Shown: piece after piece, positions 32,884-55,929 of the stretch
Layout: every line of letters starts with the position of its first letter
Position numbering within the stretch: the stretch's first letter is position 1
DNA from: the human T2T-CHM13v2.0 reference genome, Homo sapiens
Direction: 5' to 3' (one strand)
Length of the DNA: 64,000 nt
NCBI RefSeq assembly: GCF_009914755.1
Contig: NC_060931.1
Notes under the pieces: generated by a model
Seen by the model: the letters and a program-made list of their open reading frames with translations, nothing else
The model's database searches: none
What the model was told of the DNA's origin: nothing
Translations under genes and position numbers: made by a program

Positions 32884-33850
32884 GGGCCAGGTGCCATTCA
32901 CTCCTATAATCCCAGCACTTTGGGAGGCTGAGGTGGGAGGATTGAGAGAAGAGAGAGGAAGGAACTAGTTAGGCAGATAGTTCAGACAGACACCCAGTAG
33001 AAGCCCTTCCAACAAAGGATCAGCCTGGAAGAAATCAAGCTGCAAGCACAGATAAGGAAGCAAGGCTCAACACATTTATCTTTTGAGCAACAAATGAGCT
33101 CCAGGTATACAGAGTGGGCTTCAGTGAGCGCATTCCTTTCCTTTTTGGGCATATTCAGATAAGGGGACTGGCATCAGGGGGCTTGCCTAAGACAGGCCTG
33201 CAGCTGTATAGATTAAATTTACACTGAATCAGGCAGGTCCACAATGGAAAATTCCATCTCCTGACACGTGTGCAGTAAGGGAAATGACACAATATGGAGT
33301 AACTCATGTTAAGAACTCACATGCTCACTAGAGGGATGGGGTGGAGCTGTCAGAAATTTGCATCTTATGCAAATAAGGAACTGGTTTTTTGCACCATATG
33401 CAAATGAAACACCCCACCCCACTGGCTTGTTTATAAAAGACTTTGTATTCAACTGTGAAATAGCAACGCTCTCAGGCCCCATCTCCACAGAGGAAAGCTT
33501 TCTTCTTTCACTTATTAAACTTTTGCTCCAACCTCACTTTTGGTGTCCACACTCCTTAATTCTCTTGGTCATGAGACAAAGAGCTCAGATAACACCCCAG
33601 ACAACAAGACTGCTCCAGAGACCCTAGACGGCTTCAGGATCACTTGAGGCCAGGAGTTCAAGAGCAGCCTGGGCAGCATAGTGACCTCATCTCTACAAAA
33701 ATTTAAAGAATTAGCTCGGCATAGTGGTACGCACCTGAGGTGGGAGGATTGCTTGAGCCCTGGAGTTTGAGGCTGCAGTGAGATATGATACCACCACTGC
33801 ACTCCAGCCTGAGTAACAGAGACCCTGTCTCTAAAATTTTAAAAAATAAT
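32884..33850 (+). mobile_element. AluJ split by an ERV1 LTR
   Basis: Alu reads ...gggaggat | cacttgaggccagg across the insert. Confidence 0.85.
32943..33636 (+). mobile_element. MER50-like solo LTR
   Basis: tgagagaagagagaggaagg start, ttca end, TSD ggat. Confidence 0.75.
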
Positions 33851-35088
33851 AATCTTACAGGAATAATACGATCATAACCTTCTTGTTTGAGGTCAGGAGT
33901 TTGAAACCAGCCTGGACAACATAATGAGACCTTGTCTCTAGAAAAAAATAAAAAAATAAGGCAGGAGGATGGCTTGAGCTCAGGAGGTCACGCCACTGCA
34001 CTCCCACCTGGGTAACAGAGCCAGACCCTGCCTCGAAAAAAATTATTTTAAAAAATCATAACCTTCTGCTTTACCTTTCCTACTCAACAAAAAAGAAAGT
34101 TGTTGTACCAGATCAACTTTACAGAATTGCAAAGTCTCTGGGTTCTAATGAATTATGCCAACAAGCTTAAATTTCCTGAGTCAGATGGTCCTTGGGTGGG
34201 CTTGCTAGAAATGTTCTTAGCATGACATTAATCACCTTTCGCCTTAGGTCCAAGTTTTCGATAATGTTCCTTAACATGGGCTAGTGGTAGCCCCGCATAT
34301 TCACAGCAAAGCAGGACTCAGTACTTGATTGTATAAAAAACAAAATGATATAAAACCAGTATGAACTCATAAGGCATAGTGGAGTGAAGAAGATTTTACT
34401 AAAGACTTTACAGTGAGATTGAAGAGAGAGTTACACTGTATCTCTCACAGCAAAACTTACATCCTTCGTTTATCATGATTGTTGTCTTAGCTACATTGCT
34501 TCCCCCTTGGCCCTCCCCAATTCTTTCTCTACCTATTCTATTTTTTTTCCTAGTGCAAAGAAATATACCTTCTTCAAACTTGCATCCTCACACCTGGTAG
34601 CCCCCAACTCAAGCAATAAATGGGCATTTTACAAATGAAGATCCAAAATGAGTGATCAATTCCAAATCAATTCTTTTTGTTCTTCTTAATGTCACCACTG
34701 GTCAGAAGTAAGCCATTTTGCCTCAAGAAGAAAACAAACAAACAAACAAAAAAACACCATATGGATAAGATAATCCAGGCTTGTTAATTTCCAATCATTA
34801 TTTTAGGACCACTGATACTGTTCCATGTTTTCATATCTGTTATAGCATTTACTATAAGGTAGGCAGCTATTACTATCACTATGTAACAAATTAAGTAGCT
34901 GAGCTCAAAGAGGCTGCCGTCTTGCCAGTCATAATAAAAAGCAAGGCTCAGGTCGAGACCCAGGGCTTCAGATTCCAAACTGGGAGCTGATTTCTTATAG
35001 CTGAGATCAGAGGTTATAACCCTCTGTTCTGTTAGTAAATCTATGAATTGGTGCTCAATCTAAAATGCTACTTAGAAATAATTAACTA

Positions 35089-35397
<309 letters not shown>

Positions 35398-35414
35398 CTA
35401 TTATTCTCCTCCTC

Positions 35415-35592
35415 CAGGATTTCTCATTCTCAGCGCTATTGACATTTTTCTTTATTGCAGGAGGCTGCCTGTGCATTGTAGCATGTTTAGCAGCATTTTG
35501 TGCTACTTAGAATCCATTAACTTGATGCAAGTAGCAACCACACACACACCTTTCCCCAATGATAACAAAATCAGCCCCAGTTGAGAACCACT
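35415..35592. mobile_element. MER20-like hAT MITE
   Basis: ctattgacattt...gtgcattgtagcatgtttagcagcat...gttgagaaccactg. Confidence 0.65.
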
Positions 35593-36977
35593 GTTCCGCT
35601 CTATGCTGAACTCCTGTGGAATTCCCATCCTCTGTGTTTCCCTCAGCCTGTGAGAACACGAGTGTAGGCCCTGAAAACCTCCTGCCTGTGGCCTCTGTTT
35701 GGTCCTCCTGGACTTCCTGTAGGCCCCTTGCCTGCAGTAACCAACATCCTCACTGTGAGCCTTTATCTGTCCTTGGAGGGTGTCCAAAACCTACTCACAT
35801 CCGCTTGATTCTGTACGCTAGCTCATCCAGGCAGCCTGAGTCCATGGCTATTCAAGACCAGGAGTTAAAATTGAATTGGCTGCCCAAGAATGATTTACTG
35901 GAGGCTTCTGGAAATGTCTTCCACAACTGGATTAACTATTTTGATTAATTTGACCCGTCAGTTTGTTAGGAAGGAGAGGAATAGCCATTTAATTTATTTA
36001 TTCACTTAATTTATTCAACTGAATAATTTATTTAGATGCATTCATTTATTTATTTAACTGATACTGTGACTGAGATGACTTGTTTTTTGACTAAATTGAA
36101 CAGTTGAAATGATCAGATTAGTTGTGCACTGAGACTCAGCCTGAATGCAGCTACCATCTCAGTGCAAGTGATTTCATATCCTTTATGCCCCAGAGAATGT
36201 AGCTCAGTTAATAAATAATCACAATTTTTATTCAGCAGTTGTTTCTAACTATTCTTTTTTCTTTTCGTTGCAAAGAATATATGATTTTTTTTCTTAAATT
36301 TCAAAAACGGTTGTAAAAATAATGTTTGGGTACCCTTGTGCTGATATGACTGACTGTATCTTTCAGGCAAGAGAGAGCGTCATTCACTAGCACATACACA
36401 TAACTCAGTACAATAAATGTGTGTCATTGTACATCAATGGTGGATTTCCTGTGTGATGGAGGGGAGAAAAAGAGAAGACAGAGCAGAGGGTTCTCTTCAC
36501 ACTAGATTTCTTAGGGAGCTCGTAAAAAGGATTTACTGTATTTTGATTAATCCATCCTTCATCCACCTTGAGTGTCTCCATGGCAACCGGATATTTGTTT
36601 CCCAAAGATTGGCTTTCAGACTATGGAAGGTTCATTCAGCTCCATACAAAACCCCCTGTATTGCTGAGAACCACATATTTGAAATTCAGTGTGCATAGAC
36701 AACCACTCCCAAACCCTTGTCTGTGTTACTGATGCCAGTGCTACTATCATTTTATCAATGACAAGACATGATCAATTTTTGAGGCATTTTCTCAGAGTTA
36801 ACACAGACATCTGTTTTGCCTCTATTCCTCAGTAACATTAAGTATTTTAAGCTTAGCTTGAAGGAAGCGAGCTAAGTAGCCATTATGGGACTGAAAAAAA
36901 GAAAAAAGAAAAAAGACACCATGTCAAATGTTGGTTAGAGTATTTCAGGGCATAGGTCTGTAGTACTGCACCAATTA

Positions 36978-37753
<776 letters not shown>

Positions 37754-37800
37754 TCATTCCTTCCTGCCTTTCCCAAACTCTCTGCTCTTCAATATGGAAA

Positions 37801-37903
37801 GATGGCATGGATCGATGGATGGATGGATGGATGGATGGATGGATGGATGGATGGATGGATGGACGGATGGATGGATGGATGGACGGATGGATGGATGGAT
37901 GGA
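37801..37903. repeat. (GGAT)n microsatellite
   Basis: Direct reading. Confidence 0.95.
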
Positions 37904-38826
37904 ATAAGCTCTGGAAAATAACATCAATTACTTTTTGTTTTGTTTTGTTTTAACCACATATCCCCAAAAGGTATTATCTGGGGGCAATTTCACTTTATTC
38001 TTGTATAAATACCTTATATTCTTCGGTATTCTTTTCTTTTTCATGACCACAAATTACATTTATAATCAGCAAAAACAACAAAAAAGATTTCCATTTTGGA
38101 AAAAAACAAAAACCAAAAAAGTAGTCTCCAAAATCCAAAATAGACACCAAAATAAATCTATTTCTGATGTAAGAAAACAAAACACAAAACAAAAAACGCA
38201 TGACCATTTATGCAACTATAATGCAGTAAGTAGGATTTGCACAATTTATCTCATTCTTTTATTTGAAAAAAATCACCAAGTGGATTGTAATGTCTTTATT
38301 AATGATTAAAGTAATAAAACCCAAGTTCTCTTACTTGTATAATGGAACTAATAATTTCAACTTTTTTTCCCTAAAAGTAATATTGAATTTGTCTGACACA
38401 CAGTTTAGGAATCATAACTTGAATTATTGGAATTCATTTGGGAAGCCCAGCCTCACTTAAAATTGCTGCTGTCTGCAATGTAATAAATGTGATCGATGGC
38501 CTTCTGCAGCTATGCGGTTTAGCTGCTCCTTCGTTGTTGAGGGAGAGGCCCCTTTGTGTGTATACATGTGCGTATTTCTTGAAAGCTCTGCAACTGTTTC
38601 CAACAGGAACCAGTTTTGAGCCTCCTGCTCACAGTTATCTAAGAATATCCTGTTATTTTCCAATTATCATAGAACAATTTAGATTACCTGTAAGAAAAAA
38701 AATTTCATTGAAGATGGATGACTCGTAAAACAGTAAAAATATAAGCACAGGGAGCCCTTATTAGTTCTGTTTCTCTTGATTCTTTGTCATTTTGAACTAG
38801 AAGGAAAAATTGGTTTCTACTGGTAA

Positions 38827-39292
<466 letters not shown>

Positions 39293-39524
39293 AGTATCTT
39301 CAGTATTTCCGTACCTCCTCCCTGCTCTCCTTTTTTCTTCCATTGGACTTAACACTTCAATTCATAATTTTAAACATAAATTATTTGACACCACTCTTGC
39401 AGTTGATTACAACACACCCATGTATAGGAATAAAGCAGAGAACTTAGGCAATACACTCTACTACCATGTGAGATGTTTAACTCCTAAATCAAATTATCTT
39501 CCTCACTTAGTAAATTTATGAATA

Positions 39525-41665
<2,141 letters not shown>

Positions 41666-42156
41666 TATAAATAAATATTTGCAAAGAAAAACTGAACTGC
41701 ACAGGCGCCTTATCAAGTTTTTATCTTAAACTCAGTCCCAAACCCTCGAAACATGGGATTGTTAATTTGGAAGAAACCTCAGAGACTATTTCATATATGG
41801 TAACACTGAGGTAGATTGAGCCTGAGGAACTTACACCATATTGCAGAGCTAGTTAGTAATGATTTAGCCCTTCGCTATCATCTTTCCATCTTACTCTTTG
41901 CTTTTCCACAGGAGGAAAAGAAAGGCATGCACATGACCTTCCTCATGTAACAGCACAGTCTCAAGGTGCGTGTTTGTTATCCTGATTAACAAGATGAGTA
42001 AACTAAGACCCTGACAAGTTGTATAGTTAGTCCAACGTCACACAGCTACTAAGGGAAAAAAGTGGAATTGGAACACCAAATTGTAACCTGAGTGGATTCT
42101 ATGAGCAGCCTTTGTCCAAGTTCAGACAATGATGAAAAGAGAATATTTGACTGACA

Positions 42157-42240
42157 ATTTAGAAGGATACATTGAGGAAACTTCACATCATATATCACAT
42201 TTAGAAGGATACACTGAGGAAACTTCACATCATATATCAC
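42157..42240. repeat. 42-bp tandem duplication
   Basis: atttagaaggataca(t/c)tgaggaaacttcacatcatatatcac twice, one mismatch. Confidence 0.95.
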
Positions 42241-42419
42241 ATTAGGCAAAAACTTAAAAAAATTATTCTGTAGATATTTTTGCCAATTCCCCCCCTAAAA
42301 TTTGTTACTTTCAGATATACCTGGTTTTTCTTTCTAATGTTACAAGGGAAATAAATTACAATTACTTAATCAACATGAAAGATAAGGTTTCTGTGAAAAG
42401 TTTCTCCTGTCTGTCATCA

Positions 42420-43055
<636 letters not shown>

Positions 43056-43334
43056 CATGTAGAAATGCTGCATAAACTTTACTAAAAATAAATTCTGAGC
43101 TGGACACAGTGTAATCACACCTATTTGTTGGTGTGCTTGTGTAGGAGGATCTGGGTGTGTACTGAAAAAATATATTGCTGCTGAAGGGGGCTGGGAAGTT
43201 CTTTTTTCCCTTAAGGAAACTGAATAAACTGTGTGTTGCCCACCTATGTTTTGACTGCAATATCTGGTGATGTTTGTTGGAGACCAGATTGGGTAACATA
43301 GTAAGATTCTATCTCTAAAAAAAAAATGTATCCT

Positions 43335-45266
<1,932 letters not shown>

Positions 45267-45798
45267 TTACCCAATAAAGTTGATAGAAGAATGTAAATAA
45301 GAATATAATTGACCTGAGGTGAGAAATAATTTCATAAACACAATTCAAAAGTATAACCCATAAAGCAAACTATTAATGAATGGAATTATAGCCAGGTCAA
45401 GGATTTCTATTCAATGAAAGACCAGGGGAAAAGTTATGAGTAGAGAATATGCAAATATATTTGTGATGTCTATGAGAAGGAAAGGGTTAAGCAGTAAGTC
45501 TGCAGTGTCTTCTATTAATGGAAGAAGAGTGGATTACCGCAAAAATAGGCAGACCAGGCCTAATCTCCTGTTGAAAGTGCTAATGACATGCCTCGTAGCT
45601 AATGGTATTTGCTAACAGGGGAGTCGAGTCTTTTTCTATGGAATGCTTTTAATAGGAGAAACCTGGTTATTTGTGATTGCTTATGGTAAACAAACCAGGA
45701 ATCTATCGATTTATGGGCATGGCTCACTGGAAAATATTGTGTGATGGTGACCACCATCTGAGTGGAAATTGGAGATGTGTCATGACATTGATGAATAA

Positions 45799-46106
<308 letters not shown>

Positions 46107-46541
46107 TGATTTATGCTATTTCTGATGAATTTAGCTGGATCACTTGGTTAAGTGGGTGTTTGCCAAGTTTCTCCACTGTAGAGTTACTATCTTTCCCTTG
46201 AAATTAATAAGTATCTTATAAAGAGATACTTTGAGACTGTAAATATCCTATTTGTCATCGAATTTTCACTCATTGGATATAGTATCCATTAATGATTGTT
46301 CCCTACAACAGTTATTCTGTGGTGGTTGCCAAATGTTGATTTTTTAATTGAGTCATGTGTTCTACATGTATTCGTTGATATTTTTAGGTGAGAAAGACCT
46401 TTCCCTTTTCCCCCATTTATTTATTTCTTTGTTTGTTTGTTTGTATCAGCAGGAACTCATAGATTTTTACTTTATTCCTTGGGTTATATTAGGTAGGTGC
46501 AAAAGTTATTGTGGTTTTTGCCATTAAAAGTAATTACTTTT

Positions 46542-46944
<403 letters not shown>

Positions 46945-47024
46945 ATAAACATAATATGGGAACACAGTTCTTTAAAAGAAAAATTTATCAAGTAAATTTT
47001 AAACCTTAGATAAAATGGACAATA

Positions 47025-47248
47025 TTTTTTCCATCAGTTATTGGGGCACAGATAGTATTTGGTTACATGAGTAAATTTTTTAGTGGTGATTTGTGAGGTT
47101 TTGGTGCACCCATCACCTGAGCAGTATACACTGCACCATATTTGTAGTATTTTATTCCTCGCCCCCCTCTCACTCTTCCCCTCAAGTCCCCAAAGTCCAT
47201 TGTATCATTCTTATGCCTTTGCATCCTTATAGCTTAGCTACCACATAT
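47025..47248 (-). mobile_element. L1PB1-like 3' end
   Basis: gtatttggttacatgagt...tttggtgcacccatcacctgagcagtatacactg. Confidence 0.8.
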
Positions 47249-47574
47249 CTTTTTAAAAAGTACACCTTACCAAATTTGATTTTTTTCAAAATCTGACTGA
47301 ACTAATAAACACTAAAGAAATTTAAAAGATAGTCAATAATTCCCTTTCTTGCTCCAAAGGACACTTTTTCAAGATGTTAAAATATAGGTTTTATCAAGCC
47401 TCCAGCAAATGCATAATCCCTATTTCACATAAAATATTTCAGAGAATAAAAGGAGGAAAAGCCACCAAATTCAATTTACCTTGATGTCAAATAGAACAAA
47501 AACAATATAACCTTACTTACGAACATACATCCAAAATGCTACATTTTAGAAATAACAAATCAAATTCTATAGTA

Positions 47575-48526
47575 CAGTCGATCCTCATTATCGGCAGATT
47601 CTGTATCTGTGAGTTTGCCTACTTGCTAAATGTTTTTGTAACGCCAATATCAATACTCACAGCACTTTCACAGTTATTTACAGACACACACAGAGTTGCG
47701 AAAACTTTGAGTTACCCAACTCACACATTCCTAGCTGAAGTCAAAAATGGTGGCACTCTCCTTTCTTGTTCCAGCACCTATTCAGTAAAAGGTGTCCTTT
47801 TTGCAGCCTATTTAGTGCCATATTTTTCACAATTTTGTGCTTATTGTTGGTAATTTACTGTTTGAAATGGTCCCCAAGTGTAGGACTGAAGTACTGTGTA
47901 CTGCTCCTAAGCACAAAAAGGCTGTAATGTGACCTATAGAGAAAATATGTGCATTAGGTCAGCTTTGTACAGGCATGTGTTATATAGTGGTACTGGCCAT
48001 GAGCTGCATGCTAATGAATCAACTATATAAAATAAGGTGGCTTTATTTATTTATTTATTTTTTGAGATGGAGTCTCACTCTGTTGCCCAGGCTAGAGCGC
48101 AGTGGCGCGATCTCAGCTCACTGCTACCTCCGCCTCTCAGGTTCAAGCGAATCTCGTGCCTCTGCCTCGCGAGTAGCTGGGACTACAGGTGTGCACCAAC
48201 ACGTCCTGCTAATTTTTGTATTTTCAGTAGAGACAGGATTTTACTATGTTGGCAAGGCTGGTCTCAAACTCCTGACCTCAAACGGTCTGCCCACCTTGGC
48301 CTCCCAAAGTGCTTACAGGCTTCAGCCACCATGCCTGGTCAAAATAAGGTGTCTTTAGACAGAAAACCCAAATAAAACAAGGTTATATATTAATTGGTTG
48401 ACTAAGATGTTGTGACCAGAGGCTTTCAGGAACCTAACTGTGTATTTCCTCTGGGAGCAATAGTTCAGTATTTGCTGATTCAGTATTCAAAGCAGCATAA
48501 CTGCTGTGAATAATGAGAATTGACTG
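47575..48526. mobile_element. MER82-like Tigger-family transposon with an Alu (48042-48339, -)
   Basis: TIRs cagtcgatcctcattat and ataatgagaattgactg; TA TSD. Confidence 0.8.
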
Positions 48527-48643
48527 TATGTGTAGTACAAATGTGTGTGTGAGTGCATACAGAATATATCATAGTCAAGTAAAGGTTCTCTCATGGATGC
48601 AAGGATAGTCAACATAAAACTTTCAACATAATTACCATGTTAA

Positions 48644-49715
<1,072 letters not shown>

Positions 49716-51310
49716 TTAACTGATTTTAGAAAGAGAAAATCAATGTAATCTTCTCAATAGATTGAGATAAAAGCACTCAGTAAAACTCAATATTCACTTA
49801 CGATAAATGTTCTCAGCCAAGTAGGAATAAAAGACATCTTTAAACTCATCAATGGTTTGAAAAATTTATATAAAAATAAAATTTCATTACTAAATAATAA
49901 AAAAAGATAATATCCAAAGTTATGATGGAACCATATAAATGAAGACAGGACAATATAGGAACCAATAAACACACCCAACCACATATGAGACTTTAATGTG
50001 CTAGAGAGATGTCAACACAAACCACTAGAAAAATAATGGACAAGTCAATAAATGGTGCTGAGTCAACTGGATTACCGTATGAGAACCATAACAATAAGAA
50101 ATCTATTTCTATTTCATGTGATGGGGAGGAGAAAATACCAGGAGGATTACAAACTTCATTGCAAAAATAATTATTTAAAACTTCAAAGAAAAACATAGGA
50201 TAACATTTTTATGCCTTTGGAGTAATGAAGAATTTAACAACAAAACTAATTTTTTAAAAGCAGAAATTATAAAGATAAAATATATAAATTTTGGTACATC
50301 GAGATGAACATTTTCAAACAAAATCCATGCCATAATTATTGTTTAAAGACAAACCAAAAATGATTAGTATTCAGAATATAAAAAGAGGCCAGTCATGGTA
50401 GCTCACACCACAAATGCAATCCCAGCACTTTGGAAGGCCAAAGAGGGAGGATCGCTTGAGCCCAGGCATTCAAGACCAGTCCAGAAAACAAAGTGATACC
50501 CCATCCTTATTAAAATGTATATAATATACATATATATTTTTATATACATATGTATAAAAAGATAATACATGTATATGTATATTTTTATATAAAATATATA
50601 TGTATATATAAAATAATAAAAAATAGGCCAGGCACAGGGACTCACACTTATAATCCCAGCACTTTGGGAGGTCAAGGCGAGAGGACTGCTTGAGCCTAGG
50701 AGTTTGAGACCAGCCTGGGCAACATGGTGAGACTCGGTCTTTACAAAATAAATTTATTTTTAAACAGCTTTTATCTGCCTAAGTTTATCTTATAACTGTT
50801 CAAATTAGCATACCCTGTGACCCAAAAATTTCACTTTTGTAGCATCTGTATACAAGAATACAAGGAAACATATAACAAATATGCTGAATTGTTTGTAACA
50901 AGAAAAAATATTTTCAAACAACTCATTATCAGTTGAGAGATTGATAAATAAATGTTGGCATATTTACAAAGTAGGATACTATGTGGGTGATAGTTTCAAT
51001 GAAAGAATCAATCTATATGTATCAATAGGTCTGGAAAAAGGCAGTGCTGTGCAATGTATGAAAATTGTAGAATCATATCCATAGAATGATAGCATCTATG
51101 TAATTTAAAGTATATACATGTATAAAAAGATGGGTTGAATCCACATCAGATTTATAATGGAGTGATGTGGGAGAGAATAAAGTAGGATTCAGCTTTATAT
51201 GTAATATCCCATTTTTCTTATTAAAACTTTTGGAGAAAAGTGACAAAACAGTGGCATTGATTAATTCTGATTGACAAATACAAAGATATTTGTTCTATTT
51301 TCGATGTAAA
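49716..51310 (+). mobile_element. Highly decayed L1M with Alu monomers (50388-50750)
   Basis: aataaatggtgctgagtcaactgga and other ORF2/3' UTR remnants. Confidence 0.5.
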
Positions 51311-51383
51311 GATATTTGTTTTATATTTTATATCTCCATACTCTTCTTTATTTGAGAAAAAAATAATAGAAGAATGAAAACTG

Positions 51384-52448
<1,065 letters not shown>

Positions 52449-53574
52449 TAAGGCATCTCTCAAAAACACTTTGATAGAGCCATTAGTGACATAAAAATGC
52501 TAATGATCACTAATATTCAGTGAAATAAGATAAAAATCAAAAATGTATATTTAATACGTTCTCACATAAAATAAAAGTATACAGATGCAATTGGAAAGAA
52601 ACACAATTCAACCAACAGTTATTTTTCTCATCTCTGGGTGATGTGATTCTCAAATGTAAATTATTTTCTTGTACATTCTGTTTTCCAGTTTTTCTAACTT
52701 GAAGATACTTTGAAATTAGAAAACTTGTTACCTTTAAGTTAAAAATGGTTTTTCATTTAAAAGAAAAAAGCTTTCAAGATAAAGATCTTTTTATTAACAA
52801 GTTTGTCTCCTGGACAGGAGAGGATTAAAGGAAAATAAAACAACGGCAACAAAAAACAAAATGAAAAAGTTTGTTTGATTTTTGTCTGTGTTTGCATTAC
52901 TACTTGTTTCTGTTACCTATAAATGATTTAAGAATTTGAATCAATTCCTAAGTAACATTTTAGACCAGTTCTTACCTGTGATTTGGAAACATTTAAAGCA
53001 CTGAAATGAGGAAATCACTCCAGAGTGAATGGAAGGATATCAGCCACTGCAAATGTCTGTCTAATCTTGGGACGTTGAACCAGTTTACAGAGTTGCAGGG
53101 GGAGCCAAAACCTTGCCGTAATCCTACCATTCACTGGCTGTGAGTAATGACCATCTGCTGGGGACTGGAGAGGACCCAGCCCAGTCAGTTTGACTGCCTT
53201 GGTTTGCATGATAAAGGAAGGTCACAGAAAGTCAATAGGATTGAGAGCAACTCTCCAGGTGGTGGAAGCGATCTGCAGGCAACCGGCAGAAATGGCTTCC
53301 ACTCTACGACTGCAGCTCTGTAAAGAATTCTCTCTCTTTGGACATCACTCTTCTTCAAAAGGATGTTACAAAATCAAATAAAAGTGAAATTCGAAAACTA
53401 CACTCTTTAGGTGGGCTTAGGTTTTTTGTGTTTTGTGTTTGGTTTTCTTCATTATTACATGGAGAAGAGCGGTGAAAGAAATATATAGAATGTGCTTTTT
53501 CTTTTTGGATCTCAAGGGGCAAAGAGTTTATCAGATTCTTCAGATAATAGTTTATTATCACCATAGACCAATGA

Positions 53575-54192
<618 letters not shown>

Positions 54193-55249
54193 TAGAAAAG
54201 CTCCGCTTACTCAAAAAAATGCTGCCCGTGGAATGGTCGATCAGACAAGAGCAAACACAAGACACATCACTAATTCATTCAACAAGTCTTTGCTGAGTTC
54301 TTGCATTGTCTAGCCAAGACTGGGCCTAGCAACTGATAACAAATCTTGGTTGCAGTTCAGGCTCTGCCACTTATCAGCTGCACGAATTTGTGAAATCACT
54401 GAAATTCTTGATATCTAAGGTCTCCTCATTTGTAAAGGGAGAAAAACAAAACCCACCCTACCTCCTTGGAAAGATTGTTTTGAGGATAAAATTTAATGGG
54501 CATAGAGGAAATCACAGTGGAAATATAAAGCACCATAAAACTTTCGTTTATTATTTTGTTGATGTTGCTAAAAGAGAGAAAGAGAGCAGATATGAGGGGA
54601 AACGGGATGAGAATTGGAAGGAGTCGCTGAGGAACCTTAGCCATGGCTACACTGGCCAGGTGTGGCCAAACTGATGAAAACTGACACAACGAAACACTTC
54701 GAAAGAACTAAAGACCTTGAAAGGATGATCACAATCTCAGTCTTGACTGTTGATAGAAAAACTGTGATGGAAAAGTGAAATGAAACTAGAGGTCAATCAA
54801 CAGCAGGCAGCTCCAAATTTTCTCCTAGTCCTAACTTGGAGATATTGCTGGAGATCCCCCGTTGTGGAAGGCAGGAGCAGGATATCTCATGAGCAATGTC
54901 ATCTGTTTGCCCAGATCCAGGGTCAGAATTCTTGTTAGTATGGTTAGTGTAAGCAAACACCCACAGGAGTGGGAGAAACTGTGGAGTGGGGTTGGGAGCT
55001 GTAATAAAGCTCCTATAGAAAGAACACACCATAAATACATGAGCCAAAAGCAATTAGTTTATCTAAAGAAAGGAGAAAAAAATAAATAGGGATGTTAAGC
55101 ATGTATTCCCTTTCATAAAAAAAAAAATCAAGTAAAAAATGAAAATAAAATACATTGTTGCACTGATTTATCTCTAAATGGGTAGTAGACCAAACATTTA
55201 TTCCCCATATTTTTTTAAAAAAAGTGAAAATGAAAATAAAAAGGGTCAT

Positions 55250-55565
55250 TGCGACCTTGAAAGCATTATGCTGAGTGAAATAAGCCAGACACCAAAGGAC
55301 AAATATCATGTGATTCCACTTAAATGAAATATCCGGATAGGCAAATACATAGAGGCAGCAAGTACATGAGAGACTGGGGGTAGGTGTGCTGGAGAGTATT
55401 GCTTAATCAGTACAGAGTCTCTGTTTGGAGTGATGAAAACATTGTGGAAATGGACAGTGGTGATGATTGCACAACATTGTGAATGTATTTTAGCTCAGCT
55501 AAATTATACACAAAATGGTTAAAAGGCAAAACTTATGTTATATATGTTTTATCACACTTTTTTAA
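55250..55565 (+). mobile_element. L1MB-like 3' end
   Basis: cattatgctgagtgaaataagccagacaccaaaggacaaatat. Confidence 0.75.
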
Positions 55566-55929
55566 ATGGGGGGAAAGGGCACTGATTTATCTTTTCTAAA
55601 TGGATAATAGACAAAACACCAGATCATAAGAATGCTTGGAATCCCAGAAGGATAAAGGGTGGTCTCTTTAAAGCATGTTGATACCAAGCTGACACAGCCT
55701 GTAGGACTATCTATCTCTAGTTCAGGATATTTCCATCTGAAGAAGCAGCAGGAGACTGTGATCACCTTGAGGGAGGGGAGCCCAATTGAATCTGGTAGCC
55801 AGTAGATATTTAATAAGCATCTCCTGAGTGGATTATCTAGAATCAAAGCTCTCTCCTGCATTTATTCAAAAATAGTCATTAAGTGCCTCTAAATTACCAG
55901 GAACTGGACTAGGTACCTGGATGCCCAGG

